Shown here piece after piece: positions 51,063 to 63,400 of a DNA stretch of 64,000 nt; the stretch's first letter is position 1; each line of letters opens with the position of its first letter. The position numbers and the translations under genes were made by a program. A model generated the notes under the pieces. The model did no database searches. It was not told the origin of the DNA and was given only the letters and a program-made list of their open reading frames with translations. Location of the stretch: the NCBI GenBank assembly GCA_907165135.1, contig OU015568.1, forward strand, positions 3,162,001-3,226,000, written 5' to 3'. The DNA comes from Oikopleura dioica. Taxonomy: Eukaryota > Animalia > Chordata.

Positions 51063-51256
51063 AAAACTGCATTTGCCGTTCATGACCTGTCAATAAACTT
51101 TTCTTTTGAAAATTCGACTCATTTCCCGAGTTCCAGGTTCTAGCGCCCTCATGCAAAACATAACCTCGTTGCATTTCATCTCTCAGAAGCTACTCTTATG
51201 TTTTGGAGATCGATAAGATATCTTTTAAAAAGCGATTGAGAGGAAATTATAGAGAC

Positions 51257-53405
51257 ATGAAAATAAGCAGTCTCATCTTTGGGACGGCTCTGGGAGGTTG
51301 GGAAAATAAATGGGCGACCATGGTAAGTCAATTGCTTTTTAATTATAACGTAGACGAATTGTACTTTGCCCTAGGCACTTTTACTCTACCTAACCTGATT
51401 ATTCTTGCTTTGGTTCATCCCTCCGCTGTATATTTATTTAAGCAAAAAGATGGGAGTTCCCAACGATCAGCAGTATCAGCATGCACGGCAGAAATGCAAA
51501 GTACGATGGATAGATTTTCGATTGAAAATGGATTCTGGGACTGCAAGGGCTTAGGTGAAGCCGTCAGTTCGATATCTTGCAAGGCCAAGTGTTCTAGTGG
51601 AACGCTTAATTTTGCGAAATCGGAGATCAAGGCGAAATGCAAGGATCCACCAGCGCTCAAGCTCAAGAATTTCGGCGAGGGCGACGAGCTCAAATGCGAA
51701 GAACAACCTGATCCATGTGATGGTCCAATTTCAGAACTCAATATTGTCAAAGGAACACTAGAACTTCTCTCTTCAAGTGCGAAAAAAGGAAATCAGTACA
51801 ATCTTGTCTGCGATGACGGGGAAACTATGGGAACAGTAAAGTGTAAGAACGGAAACATCTCTTCAAAGATCACCAATTTCGAGTCTGCTTGTGATCGGTT
51901 CCTGTGCAAGGAAACTGAAGCAATGTCTTACTTCAACATCGGCACAGGAGAATGGAACTGCAAAACAAAAAAAGGAAAGGTCTTCTGTAAGGCGACATGT
52001 GAGGAGAAAAGCTCGAAAGTGCGCTTTCAAATAAAATGCGATCAGCGCGGCTGGTTTATTTCGAAGAAACCAGAATTTTCAACCGATGTTTGTTCTGCGC
52101 CGACAACAAGTTCTACAACAACGTCAACTACGACATCTACGACTTCGCCAGCGACTACCAGTACATCAACGAGTTCACCATCAACAACTTCTACCACGAC
52201 TACGACAACATCGACGACGACAACACCAACAACTACAAGTTCTACTACTACATACTCGACAACTACAACATCTACAACTACTACTACAGCAACAACGACA
52301 TCAACTACAACAACAACTACGACGACAACAACGTCAACGACGACTACAACTTCTACAACTCCAATGTCAACACCTCCAACAAGTACAACTACCACACCAA
52401 CTACAACAACAAGCACTACAACAGATTCCAGCTCCAATAACGACGGATCGTCAGCTTTTGACCCAATAGTTGACACAATTACTTCTGGCCTGAAACTATG
52501 CACCGTTGAGAATAACTTCCCCGATCTAGGAAGCGCTAGAAACCTCGCTCCTAGTAGAATTGTTGGCGGAGTCAATGCAGATAACAATGCTTGGCCTTTC
52601 ATAGGGACCGGTTTTAATTTCATTTTTCAGTTTTCTTGATATTGTTTGAAACCGAAAATAGTTCGGCTGACGTTAAATCATTTGTACACTTGTGGAGGCT
52701 TCGTTGTTCACAATAACTGGGTCGTCACTGCTGCGCACTGTTGCTTCGATGGCGTTTTCAATATTCGAGCTACTTTCGGTGATCGACAGAAAAATAACTG
52801 GGACAGCTCTGAGTACTCCATGGATGCGATTTCCTGGATTCAGCATCCTCTTTATGGCGACTCAAGGTTAGTTATTTGGATGATCGCTTTCAAATTTAAT
52901 TTTTAGCGACGGAACGGGTTCAAACCAAGATTGGTGCATGGTCAAATTTGCTTCGGACATTATCGCAAACGATCCAGATGACAAAGTTGCAATGCCCTGC
53001 TTACCGACTGAGAATCCGATCCCTTCTCAAGCCGGTAGTGCTTGCTGGCTTGCTGGTTGGGGTTCTACTTCTTATGGAGGATCCCTTGCAAATGACCTTC
53101 AATCAGTCGGAGTCAACATCTTCGGGACTGACTACTGCATTGAGAAGGGATACAAAACCGAGCTTGAAGAAGACGACATCTGCGCCGGTGTTCCAGATCT
53201 TGATGATGATGGAGACGCCGATGGAGGAAAAGATGCGTGCCAGGGAGATTCTGGCGGACCTCTTGTCTGTGACATCGATGGTCGAGCTACAGTCATTGCA
53301 ATTGTTTCAAGAGGCGTTGGTTGCGCGTGGAAGGGATTTCCTGGTGTTAACTCGAGCATTTTCGTTGCAAAACAATGGATCGAAAATACTATCCGAAACA
53401 ATTAA
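51257..53405 (+). CDS. Trypsin-like serine protease with Cys-repeat modules and Thr/Ser mucin stalk (paralog 2)
   Basis: RIVGG, TAAHC, QDWCMVKF, GGKDACQGDSGGP; >100-residue Thr-rich stalk at ~52100-52430; GG-AG intron 52605-52661. Confidence 0.95.
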
Positions 53406-53457
53406 CGGTTCTTTCTCCATGAATAAAATTCCTATTTTATTAGCGTCTCTTTATCGT

Positions 53458-54818
53458 TCATTTTTTCAGTATACAGAGAGATAATCCTGATTGAAACTCT
53501 TCGTATAATTTTCTTCTTCATCTTTCTTCTCAACATGAGGATTCAGTGCCCAAACAGCCACGGCAAGAATCAACTCAATTGCACCAAAAATGTACCCCAA
53601 ATCTGAAAAAAAGTAAACTTGAATATTATTGTTGGTCTCTGAGACCAGTGAACTTTATTACTCAACAACCCATGCTTCTAAGTCAGAGCGTGGATTTACT
53701 TTGACACATGAGCGGTGGAAGAGCTTCAAGGTTAACGTTTTTAAAAGTCACGGCGGAAAGAAATCAATAACAGTACTTACATAAGCATGCCCCAAATTCG
53801 TACCGCACCAGGTTCTCGTCATGTTGAACCATCCCTATGCTGTGAGTCGGGCCCATTTTTGAATCATTTGAGTAAGCTTGTAAGATTATGTCCGTGAATA
53901 AACCAGAAACAATGATGAGGAAAGTTCCGGAGAGAAGGTATAATAGACTTGCTTTTAGGCTGGCAATAAGGCTACTAAACATAAATTTTTGATAATTGTT
54001 TTCCAATTTTAAATTGGTAATTTATTTTCGCAAAACCAGCCTGATCTTGCGAGCCATTTTTTAATGAAAGGGTCCATTGTAATCAGCACTAGATTCCAAT
54101 TTCCACTCAAAAAATACACTAGCGGAAAAGATAAGCTATGGTCTGATCAAGAAAGCCAAACAAACCAATATGAGCCAGGATAGCAAAGCAGATAGAAAAT
54201 ATCATCATGATTCTGGAACTGAGTACGAGCGAATCAAATTGAAACCATGGAACTTTTTCAGGTCTATATTTGTCGAAAAAAATAGACCGAAGACCTCACT
54301 GATCATTTAACCTTTGGAGAATCAAAGCATCATTGAAAAAATAGAAATGAGATTTTCTCAAAATGTCATCTGGAATGAGCAAAAAAAGCCGAGGATTTTG
54401 ACTGAGCCTTGTTTTTGAAATAAGACCCTTCCTTCGTAGTCATCGCAGTGGAACCCATGTGCCCCGTGCGATGTGCATTGAGCAAATAAGCCTTTCCAAT
54501 ACGTCTGTCCCAATGCCAAAGACATGGAGGATTTACGACTTGAAACCATCCAGCTTGAGCTCAGAACCAAGATTGCATTCACAAACACGCAAAGAAAACT
54601 AAACATTCCAATAGATAAATGATCAATAGCTTATTAACAATGGGGTTTTAATGATAAAGATTTCGTCTGATGATAGAAATTGACGAGAAATAGGGACTAA
54701 AATTCCAAAAACAAAAATAATCTATATGACCTTCTCAGAAATAAGTTCCCATTAGAGACAGCTTGTCTTCCTCAATTTACTTACCTGATATTCCACAGAG
54801 CAAATCCTCCAATGTCAT
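53458..54818 (-). CDS. Claudin-family protein
   Basis: MTLEDLLCGISAIDHLSIG..., ECL1 W...WKGLFAQC...HCDDY, four TMs, YEFGACLYLGY. Confidence 0.9.
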
Positions 54819-57307
54819 TATTGTTCTCGATTCTCGTCTCTTCTTTTCTCTGTCGAGCCATACAACCAAAACTTGCGGTAATTTGAGGAGCTCTGAGCTG
54901 CCAAAAGTTCTTACGTCAGGCTTTCTGTTCCTGTCTGTTGGTGATGCAAATAATTGCTCGTAAAATAAGTGTATCCGATTTTCGGGTTTGGGCTTCGATG
55001 ACCTTTGAAATAAGCATTCTTCTTCGACCTGACAATCATTAACTCCAAACGAAACAATTAAGCACTTCACAGGCCGCCTTATTATTTCCAAAACGCTTGT
55101 TATAATCATTTATATTGACGGCAAATAAGGGCCGATTCGGGTAGACTAGGGGTCATTTAAAATATATTTTTTTGATTGAGAATATTTGCTTGCCCCTTTG
55201 AAATTACATAAACTTAAGTTCGCCGCTACAATCATCCGTTGACTCGTCAAATCCCTCGTGACTGACTCAAGACAAAATTTTACGAGTTAAATATTCTTTC
55301 GCCACGGTTGTCGCTCTTTCTCGGCCTATAAAACAAATTCTCCTTCGTTCAGGTTTTCATATTTTCAAACAACAAAGAAAAAAAACAAAAAGCCAATATT
55401 AAAAAAATGGTCGCCACAATGATAGTCAAGCACTCTTCTATGAAACATATGACGAAAATGTTGATGAAAGAAAAGAAACTCATGGCCAAGACGAGATCTC
55501 TTTCGGCCAGTTCGGAGCCGATGATGTTAAAACTCGATCGCATTGAAACCAAAATGGAAGTTGCATTGACATTCATGAGTGCTCTTCTCGAAACCTTCTA
55601 AAGCAACAAACAATCACTAACTTCAGACCTTGAAACTGACCTGACCTTCAGAAACTTAATGAATCATTAATAATGATATTTCTTGTTCAACCTTACTGAT
55701 AAAACCTTTTTCCAAAAACTGATAAACTTGTTATTCTTCACTGACAAATAAACTTTCAACATAAAATTCCTCCTAGTCTTCTTGGCTCAAGAAAGAGATG
55801 TCTCTTTGAAGATCACAACCAAGAAAGACGCAAAAAATGAAAGACGTCTTTCTGGATTTTCGTCTTCTTCTATCAACTAGTGTCCTAAACAACTAATTCT
55901 CAGCTTTCATTGATAGTAGAGCAAATAAATTTGTTAACCGATCTTGTAGATTTATAACACAGTGTTGGTTCTTTCTGATTTCATTTAGTTTATTGAATTT
56001 ATTGACAAATTCTTTTGTTGAATACAGTCAATAATTACTTGTAGTTTCCAAAAGTCGGCTTGTCAAAGTTGAATTGCTCATTCGCTGCATCAAATGGATT
56101 ACCCATAAAAGCAAGCCCTTAGTTAGTTATTTTAGCTCAGAAGATTGCGCGGCTTATATCAAACAGGGCAAAACATCCTGTCAAAGAGCGATTTCTATGG
56201 TTAAAGAAATTCCTTTGCCATTGTAAAAAAAGTACAATCTTTGGCATAAAATAAAGGACATACTATCTGTCGCATTTTTTGCCAACCTTTAAGGCGACGT
56301 TTAAACTTTTCGTCCGACAGTCAAAACTCGTGAAAGATCAGTCCTGGCTCTGACGAATCTATACTGACTAAGAAATGCTCTCGCTATCTTTACCTCGTTT
56401 AAATTTCAGTTGGCTAAATGGCATCATTGCCATTGCTTGGGCAGCAAGAGTAACAAAAGTAGCAAGCTTCATTTCTTTCCCTTTTTTTCAATCCGAAAAC
56501 AATTGAAAAATAAGGGCTTCGAAAGATCCTTTTATATGCAGAAGCAAATGCTATTTGGCGCCTGTTCTTTCGAACGGTGCCAGATGAGCGCCACAAAAAA
56601 AAAGAAACGCAGATTGAATTAGTTGCGAAAAGAAACATTAATTCCTTCCTTTAGATATGAATAACATCTTAATTTTTAAAAGACGACATAAGTGGTTCTG
56701 CATACAATTCAATCAAAGGCCTTTGAATATCTGCTAATCGGGTTTAAACCTTGAGAATATGCTTTCAAAGAACGATTTCAATATGTTTATATGACGATAA
56801 TCTAGATTTTCAGAGTCAAATCCAGCATTTGATGCTTGTTTTGATGCAATAAACATATGCTCGTTTGATTTCAGTAGGCTTAGACCTGTCAAAAAGGGAT
56901 CACACTCATCTCATGTCATGATGGGATTTGAAACATGCAAGTAATTTGAGTTCTATTAAAACATGCAGTCATGGAAATGTTCTTGATTCAAACAATCAGT
57001 CGATTATTTTCTTGAAGAAGGTTTTATTTGATAAATAACCAGTCGAAGTATTACAGTAACATTCCATATGTACAAAAGAAAAGTAAAAGAAGAACGAGAG
57101 GTCGACTAAATAGTTCTTTCTTTGAAAAAACACCTTATCAGCCTGTTAGAAAAGAAATAAATGAAAGGAACTTTTCAGCAGCAAAAATTAGAAAGAGAAA
57201 AAGATCAGTAAGAAATTCAAAAACACTAGAATCAACACTTTGAAGGTTTACAGTTTAGGTAACAAGTGCACATTCTAGTATCTGTTATTTTAAGAATGAT
57301 GGTGTTT

Positions 57308-60139
57308 TTATGCTGGAACTCGAACGGAGGGATTTCTGGAGCGGGGAGGAGGTGGTTCTATTGGTTTGTAGAGAAGGGTTGTGACGAAGCGTCCTCGGAA
57401 CCTTGAAGATTTGGTTAAATTATTCTTTGGCGTTGCATTTTTTGAATTATGGCCGCTAGTAACATGTGATTGAACAGGAAATGAGTAAAGGTCACGATGA
57501 TAGTCATAAAGGTCGGCCAGCTAAACTTTAGGTATACCTGTGAGTCGCTGAAATGGCAAGCGTATTATCTCGGATGGAGAGCGCGTAAAGATGATTGAGC
57601 TGCGAGACTGACGGCTCGGGGAGGAGTGACGGATCAACAGCAAGGGAGGTTTCTTGATTCAGCAAAATCTGTGATTGAAAATTAAAAATTGAATTGAAAA
57701 TGTAATCAAATTTGATGTCCAAATGATCATCTTTGGACATTAAATAGTATTACGGTATTTTTCGTCATACTCTTAGTGTACCGAACTGTAGCTCGGACGA
57801 TGGTGGATTATCAGTTCTAATTTTACTCGACAATACAAGGTATGCATTGTCTGTATTTTTATTTGAGAAAAGAAATTGTATTTGGATAGACGTCGTCTTG
57901 AATTTTCAATGTCAAAAACTTGCTAACATGATACCGGCAATATCGGCAATCTTCCATCAAATACATGTCAGCAATTTTAACAATGAAAATTTGGAATTCA
58001 ACCCTTTGAATTATTTATGACTTCACCTTGTGAAGTAGATGATTTGGAAGCGCTGGCGGTTGATTCCTCGCTTTCATCGCTTCCATCGGCGTCAGCATTT
58101 TCGGTTCAACTTGGCCGTACTCGCTGATTCAAGGCTCGACTTTGTCGTTGTTGTTTCCAATAAACGATATAGCCTATATCATATTGGGAAAATATCGAAA
58201 CTGGCAGCGGGAAATTGGATAATCATTTTTAAGTTATTGAGCCTCCTGTCCTATCTGAATCCGATTTTTCAGCAGCAGCGTCCATAAGTAGAGCATCTAA
58301 TGCTTCGAAATCTTCCTCGCGAACTCTAAATTCTTATTAGTCTCATATTACTGTTGAACTGTGCAGTAGAAAGCAAAGAGGCCCCTTCGTCTTCAGTATA
58401 GAGGTTTTTGACTAAGGACGCTACTAAGTGGGAAGACATGGTGTAAAACACCTAATTGTTTTGGAAACTTTTCAACAAAACTAAACATTAGTTTGACAAG
58501 AAAGAGTCCCTGACACTCAGTATCACGGAATCTGTGGGAAAAAACACCCAACTTAACTAGGCATTCTGACAAAAATCTGTCAGGAATTGTCGGAATCAGA
58601 TCAAGTCAATCAGGTTTACCCTTCTTCTTGAGGTTTTTCCCAAAGTGACTCATATGCTTGGTAACTAGGTACTTATCATTCCTGTAGCTCAGAATAACTT
58701 CCCCCTTTCTACGCTCGGGAACCAGTGTAGAAGCCTAAATCAGGCTCCTTTTCTATTTTACACGGACCTGAGCTTGGAAAGCTTTTAGTCAACCTAAGTT
58801 GTCAACATTCTATTTGTTGAAAATGAATTCTGAAAGCAGAAGGCTTGTTTAACGCACTTTCAACGTGAAGACTTAAAAATTTTACGCCTATAGAACCGTG
58901 CTAATGACAGATGATATTTTCAACTAAGTCGTTTACGTACCGAAGTACGTTGTTGAGTCCGCCAAACTGGTTCTCGATCGTTTTTTCCTTCGGATTATGA
59001 CGATCTACGCCATCGACGACGTAACGGTACTCGTGGCGCCCTTCAGGAAGCTCGATTATCGTAAGATAGACGCTGAAAACGACGTTTCTTTTATTGTCGC
59101 CAAATCAGCCTGACCTTTCATGACGGGATGAGCTCCTTGAGTCGACTTTATCCAATTGAAGGAAATGCTTTTTCTGCCAGTTATCAGCGCTGCAGACGAT
59201 ATATACGGATTTGCACGGCTAAAATTAAGACAATCAACTTTATGCCCTCTTTAGCTCACCTCGTGCCATCTTATTACTGCGGGTAGAGTTCGCCTATCTT
59301 CTTGAATCGACGCCTTTTGGAGCTCAGTATTTAATTCGACTTCGGGTGTCTCCCAGTTGTCAGAGATTGTGCGGTTGCGGGAGTTAGTGATGTCTTGTTC
59401 TTCGAGATCGGGATCTACGAGAAAGCCGTCTGGGCGATCCGAGTCCTAAACAAAAATTCAACATCTACAACTGTAGATTGATCACTTGAGATTCCAATCA
59501 AAGGCCTGTTTTTTGATGACATGGGCTTGAAAATGTGGAGTTAGATTAGTAGTCATTTTTGCCTTTTATGATGACAAAATTTTCCGAAACTCAAAAAATG
59601 GCCTTAGAGTGGGCGCCTTAGATTGGAATCTCACTGTATCTAGGGACTTCAGGCCCTGAAGTTCAGGGGCACCATTCAATCAGATTAATTAAAAGTTAAT
59701 TCTATTCTAACGGATTTGCCCGTTAAATTGGCGATACCCTGATACATATTTGACTGACTAGTTATCACTTGAGATTCAAATGTAAAAACATTCCTCCTGT
59801 GAACTTTTGGACTCCCAAGAGTCTGTCCTCTTTTCAGCATCCGACCTCCTGTCCGACCCAACGTCATAAAAGGTCATCTGCTTTCTTAGTTTAATCTCTC
59901 CCATTTTCTTTGCTGACATTTTTTACGTTTTCGGTATTTAAAATTTTAAGCGCCGTTAAAAACAAGAAAGCAGAGTTACGAAAACATTACGTGAGTAAAG
60001 ACGTAAAAATTTATGATTGCTTATTACGCTGACAATCGATTTTAGGAAAGACCAATCATCAATCAAAGAGGCTACTTACGGCGTAATTATTATTTCGCTT
60101 GTCCGGGCTAGCGACGGCCTTCCCATTAACCGTCCCCAT
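57308..60139 (-). CDS. PRKAB: AMP-activated protein kinase beta subunit
   Basis: MG start, LPAVIRW, CBM48 (IELPEGRHEYRYVVDG), DFEALDAL, PPALPNHLL, DPSLLPEP...LNHLYALSI...SATHRFRGRFVTTLLYKP. Confidence 0.95.
59487..59636. mobile_element. Degenerate intronic MITE-like inverted repeat
   Basis: TGAGATTCCAATCAAAGGC vs GCCTTAGATTGGAATCTCA (1 mismatch); right end CTCACTG|TA is Tc1-like, left end degenerate. Confidence 0.45.
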
Positions 60140-60427
60140 CTAAAGGAAAATATGGTCTTTTGAGACATAAAGGAGAATAAGAATCGTATAAAAATAACTC
60201 TATTAGAAACATTTCTTTGCAACAGGTGATTTAAAAAAAGTTTGAACTGAAAACAGCAAATGCACAATTGTGAGGAATGGTTGCAGTAATGAAAGAATGT
60301 GAAAGTACTGTACTGTGTACTCGCTTGCTTTGGTGAAAAAGATAGGCAGACTTTGTGAATAGTTGTTCGTGAGGAGGGTTGAAAAAGTGAGGTAATTTTC
60401 GTGAAAAAGGATTCATTCTCTTGATGA

Positions 60428-63400
60428 TCAGCTTGCAACGCGATCGACGATGATGTTGCCCTTGTCGTCTTTGATGCGCACCCGGCCGGTTGCATAGCGC
60501 GTTTCGGTGTACTTGTTGTGCAGGAAGATGGTCTTCGTCGTTCCGTCTGGAAGCTCGCGGCGGCGGAATTCTTTCGTCCTTGTTTCCTGAATACAAAAAG
60601 GATCAAGACGAATATGTACATTTCTAGGTTGAACCTTTTGGCCATCAGGAAATAAAACGATCTCATCCCCATTGACTTCGAGTATTTTCCTAACTCCGTC
60701 TGTATGAATCGTTTCTTTCCTCCCCGATATTGAAATAATTTCCCTAACTTTATCGGGGAAGACGATTTCTTTCGTTCCATCTGCATGTGAAATTTCCTTC
60801 TGGCCAGTGGCAAACTCGATGATTGATGATGAGTCGGCATTTTTAGTCTGCGTTGCGCCGTTTTCTGCGTAAAAATACACCGTCTAAGAAGTATGAGCTA
60901 TTTTGAAGGGGCTATTTGTTCCTCTTACTTTTCCGTCTGGGAATACGTGTTCTATATCGCCGTTTTGGTATTTTTGCACGATTGTCTTACCATCAGCAGA
61001 GACTTCCTTTATCGTTCCGTTTTCAAACTTTGTGATGGTTTTTCCTGATGCAAGTCGTTGGACGAATGCTCCGTTATCTAAAATCAAGTAAGATATTTAA
61101 CCAGCTTTGGGTCAAAAGCTAGATACCTGTAGTTGAATTGATAACGGCTCCAGAAGGGACTGTGCAAGGAACATCGGTGAACATTTGAGTATTTGAGCAG
61201 GAATGTGATAGATTTGAGTGAGAGTTGCCACTTGAGGCGCTAGAGATGTTGAGACTATCGTGTTTTCGCATAGATTTCCGCAGAATGTTGTCTGGGCTTC
61301 TCGCTCTTCTGCCCTATAAACAAGTCTTATAAGAGTTTCTCTCGGAAAAATGGACTCACAGTTTGACTTGTAGCTGGTTTTGTAGCTTGCTCAACAATTC
61401 TGTTTATTTCTTTCCAAGTGTTTCCCTCCTTTCTCTTCGTGTTCTTTATCAAATTATCAATTTGCTCGTTCAGCTTTACATTCTCATTCTTTGTCGCTTG
61501 ATAAAGTTTCTCCAGTCGTTCATTTTCTGTTTTGTATCTCGAGTTTTGCGCTTGCAAGCGTGCGTTTTTCTCCGCAATTTCTTTCAATTTTTCGTCGTAT
61601 TGGACTCTAAGCTTGTCGAGTTCTTTTCGCCGAGCTAGACCAGCTTTTTCACTGTCTCGCTGAAGCACTAGAAAGGGATGAAATGAGATTCGGAAAGGTT
61701 GACTTTTAAAGTTACTTGTAAGTCGTTTGCCCTCTTTTTCTCTCAAAGACATTTCTCGTTCGCGAGTTTCCAGGTCTTTCATTTTTGAGAGATAGTCGTT
61801 TTTCATACGGGTCATGTTCAGGTTGAAAACTTCTTGCTCTCGTGATCGTTCTTGTCTCAGCTGTTCAAGGGCTAAAAGAGGTGTAGGATAAGATTGAATA
61901 TCGTAGATGCCTAAACGTTCGACTCCAAAGATGTCGTCAGGAACATCTTGAAACAGCTAGAGACATCACAAGATGCTCCCAGATAGTCTACTCGAGTTTG
62001 ATTTACCTTTCGTTTCTCTCGCAAATTTAAGCTTCATCACATGAACATCCTGTTTCTCCCTCTCCAGATCTGCCTTGAGCTTTTCAATTTCGTCAACCTT
62101 GCTCTGCTCCTTTTTCTGAACTTTGAGTTCTTCGTCGTGAACTTTTTTAAACTGCGCATTAAACATCTTCGACATGAGATTCGTTGGCTTCGCAACTTCT
62201 TTTGTCGGAGTTGAGAAACTCGGTGTACGGTCATCTTCCTCTTCCGCTTCTTCTTTATCCCAGGGCTCGGAATCGGAGAAACTCATTTTGCTCTGAGCCA
62301 TGAAGCCGCGATTGAAGCCGTAAGGAGAGTTTTCTTCTTCGGAATCAAGCACAGAACTCGGCAGAGAGAAGTTTTCAGGTACTTACCCAGTGGTTCCTTC
62401 ATTATTGTCGATTTATCTGTGTACATGATGTCCGTGGATCTCTCGACTCGAGGCATATTTCAGATAATATCAATCAATTATAAGTCGGAACCCTTCCTTG
62501 AAATCTATTACTTTTTCTGGTCATAACAGGTTTATCTTCTGGAATCTCCGGAGTCCTGAATCGATTTCCCGCAGCAATAAAGCTGTCCGACTCATCCTCT
62601 CCATATTTTCCCGGATCAAAGCTGTTCGCCCCTTCGACAGTCGTATCACCGTCCTCAGCAATTTCGCCATACTCATCTTCAATTTCATAATCGTCCATCT
62701 TTATGCTCGCGAGTTCTTTTTCAACGGAATTAACAGTCAACTCGGGGTTGGTTGAAATGATCTTTTCCATGAGCGCGAATTCCTCATCTTCCTTCTTTTC
62801 TAGTTCGCGAAGGATTATGTCTTGCTGCCTTTCATTGGCGATGGAAATATCAATTGAGTCGTTGTAGCCTTGGAGGTCAGCGTTCTTGAGGTGTTGACTA
62901 GCGATCAGGTGAAACGGGGCGCTTTGATGGAGTGATACTGAAGGTAACGAGGGAACAGAGCCAGCTGAAGGATGAACAGAAGGATGAGCGGCAGGGAGTT
63001 TGGACGAACTTGAACTTGAAGAGGGACCGACGGTCTTTTTAGCGGGGACTTACTTTTGGCTGTATAAGTGTTTTTTAGTTTGAAAAGATCATAAAAAGCT
63101 TCAAATGTCAGATTCTCCGACCTTTAAATGGTACTAAAAATAAGCCATTCCTGACGTCTTGGAGAATTTTTGTTGTGATGGTCTGACCAACGGAATCGGC
63201 GCGGTTTTAGCGCCTTTTTTCGGTTGAAGCTGAGTAGTAAGGCATTCACTTTGTTTTGGTCGGTTTTTCGAAGTCACTTTTCGTGTTGTTGTTTGTGAAG
63301 AAGGTGCTTTTGCTTTTGAAGTTTTGGTTGGTTTGGGTTTTTGTGGAGCGGGCTTCGAAAACCCTGCTTTTTTCGCTCGTTCCTGGCGTTTTTGAAGCTC

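Noticed and set aside
60076-60840. 254-aa and 121-aa minus ORFs
   Set aside because: Alternative frames over CENPJ terminal exons and AMPK beta exon 1
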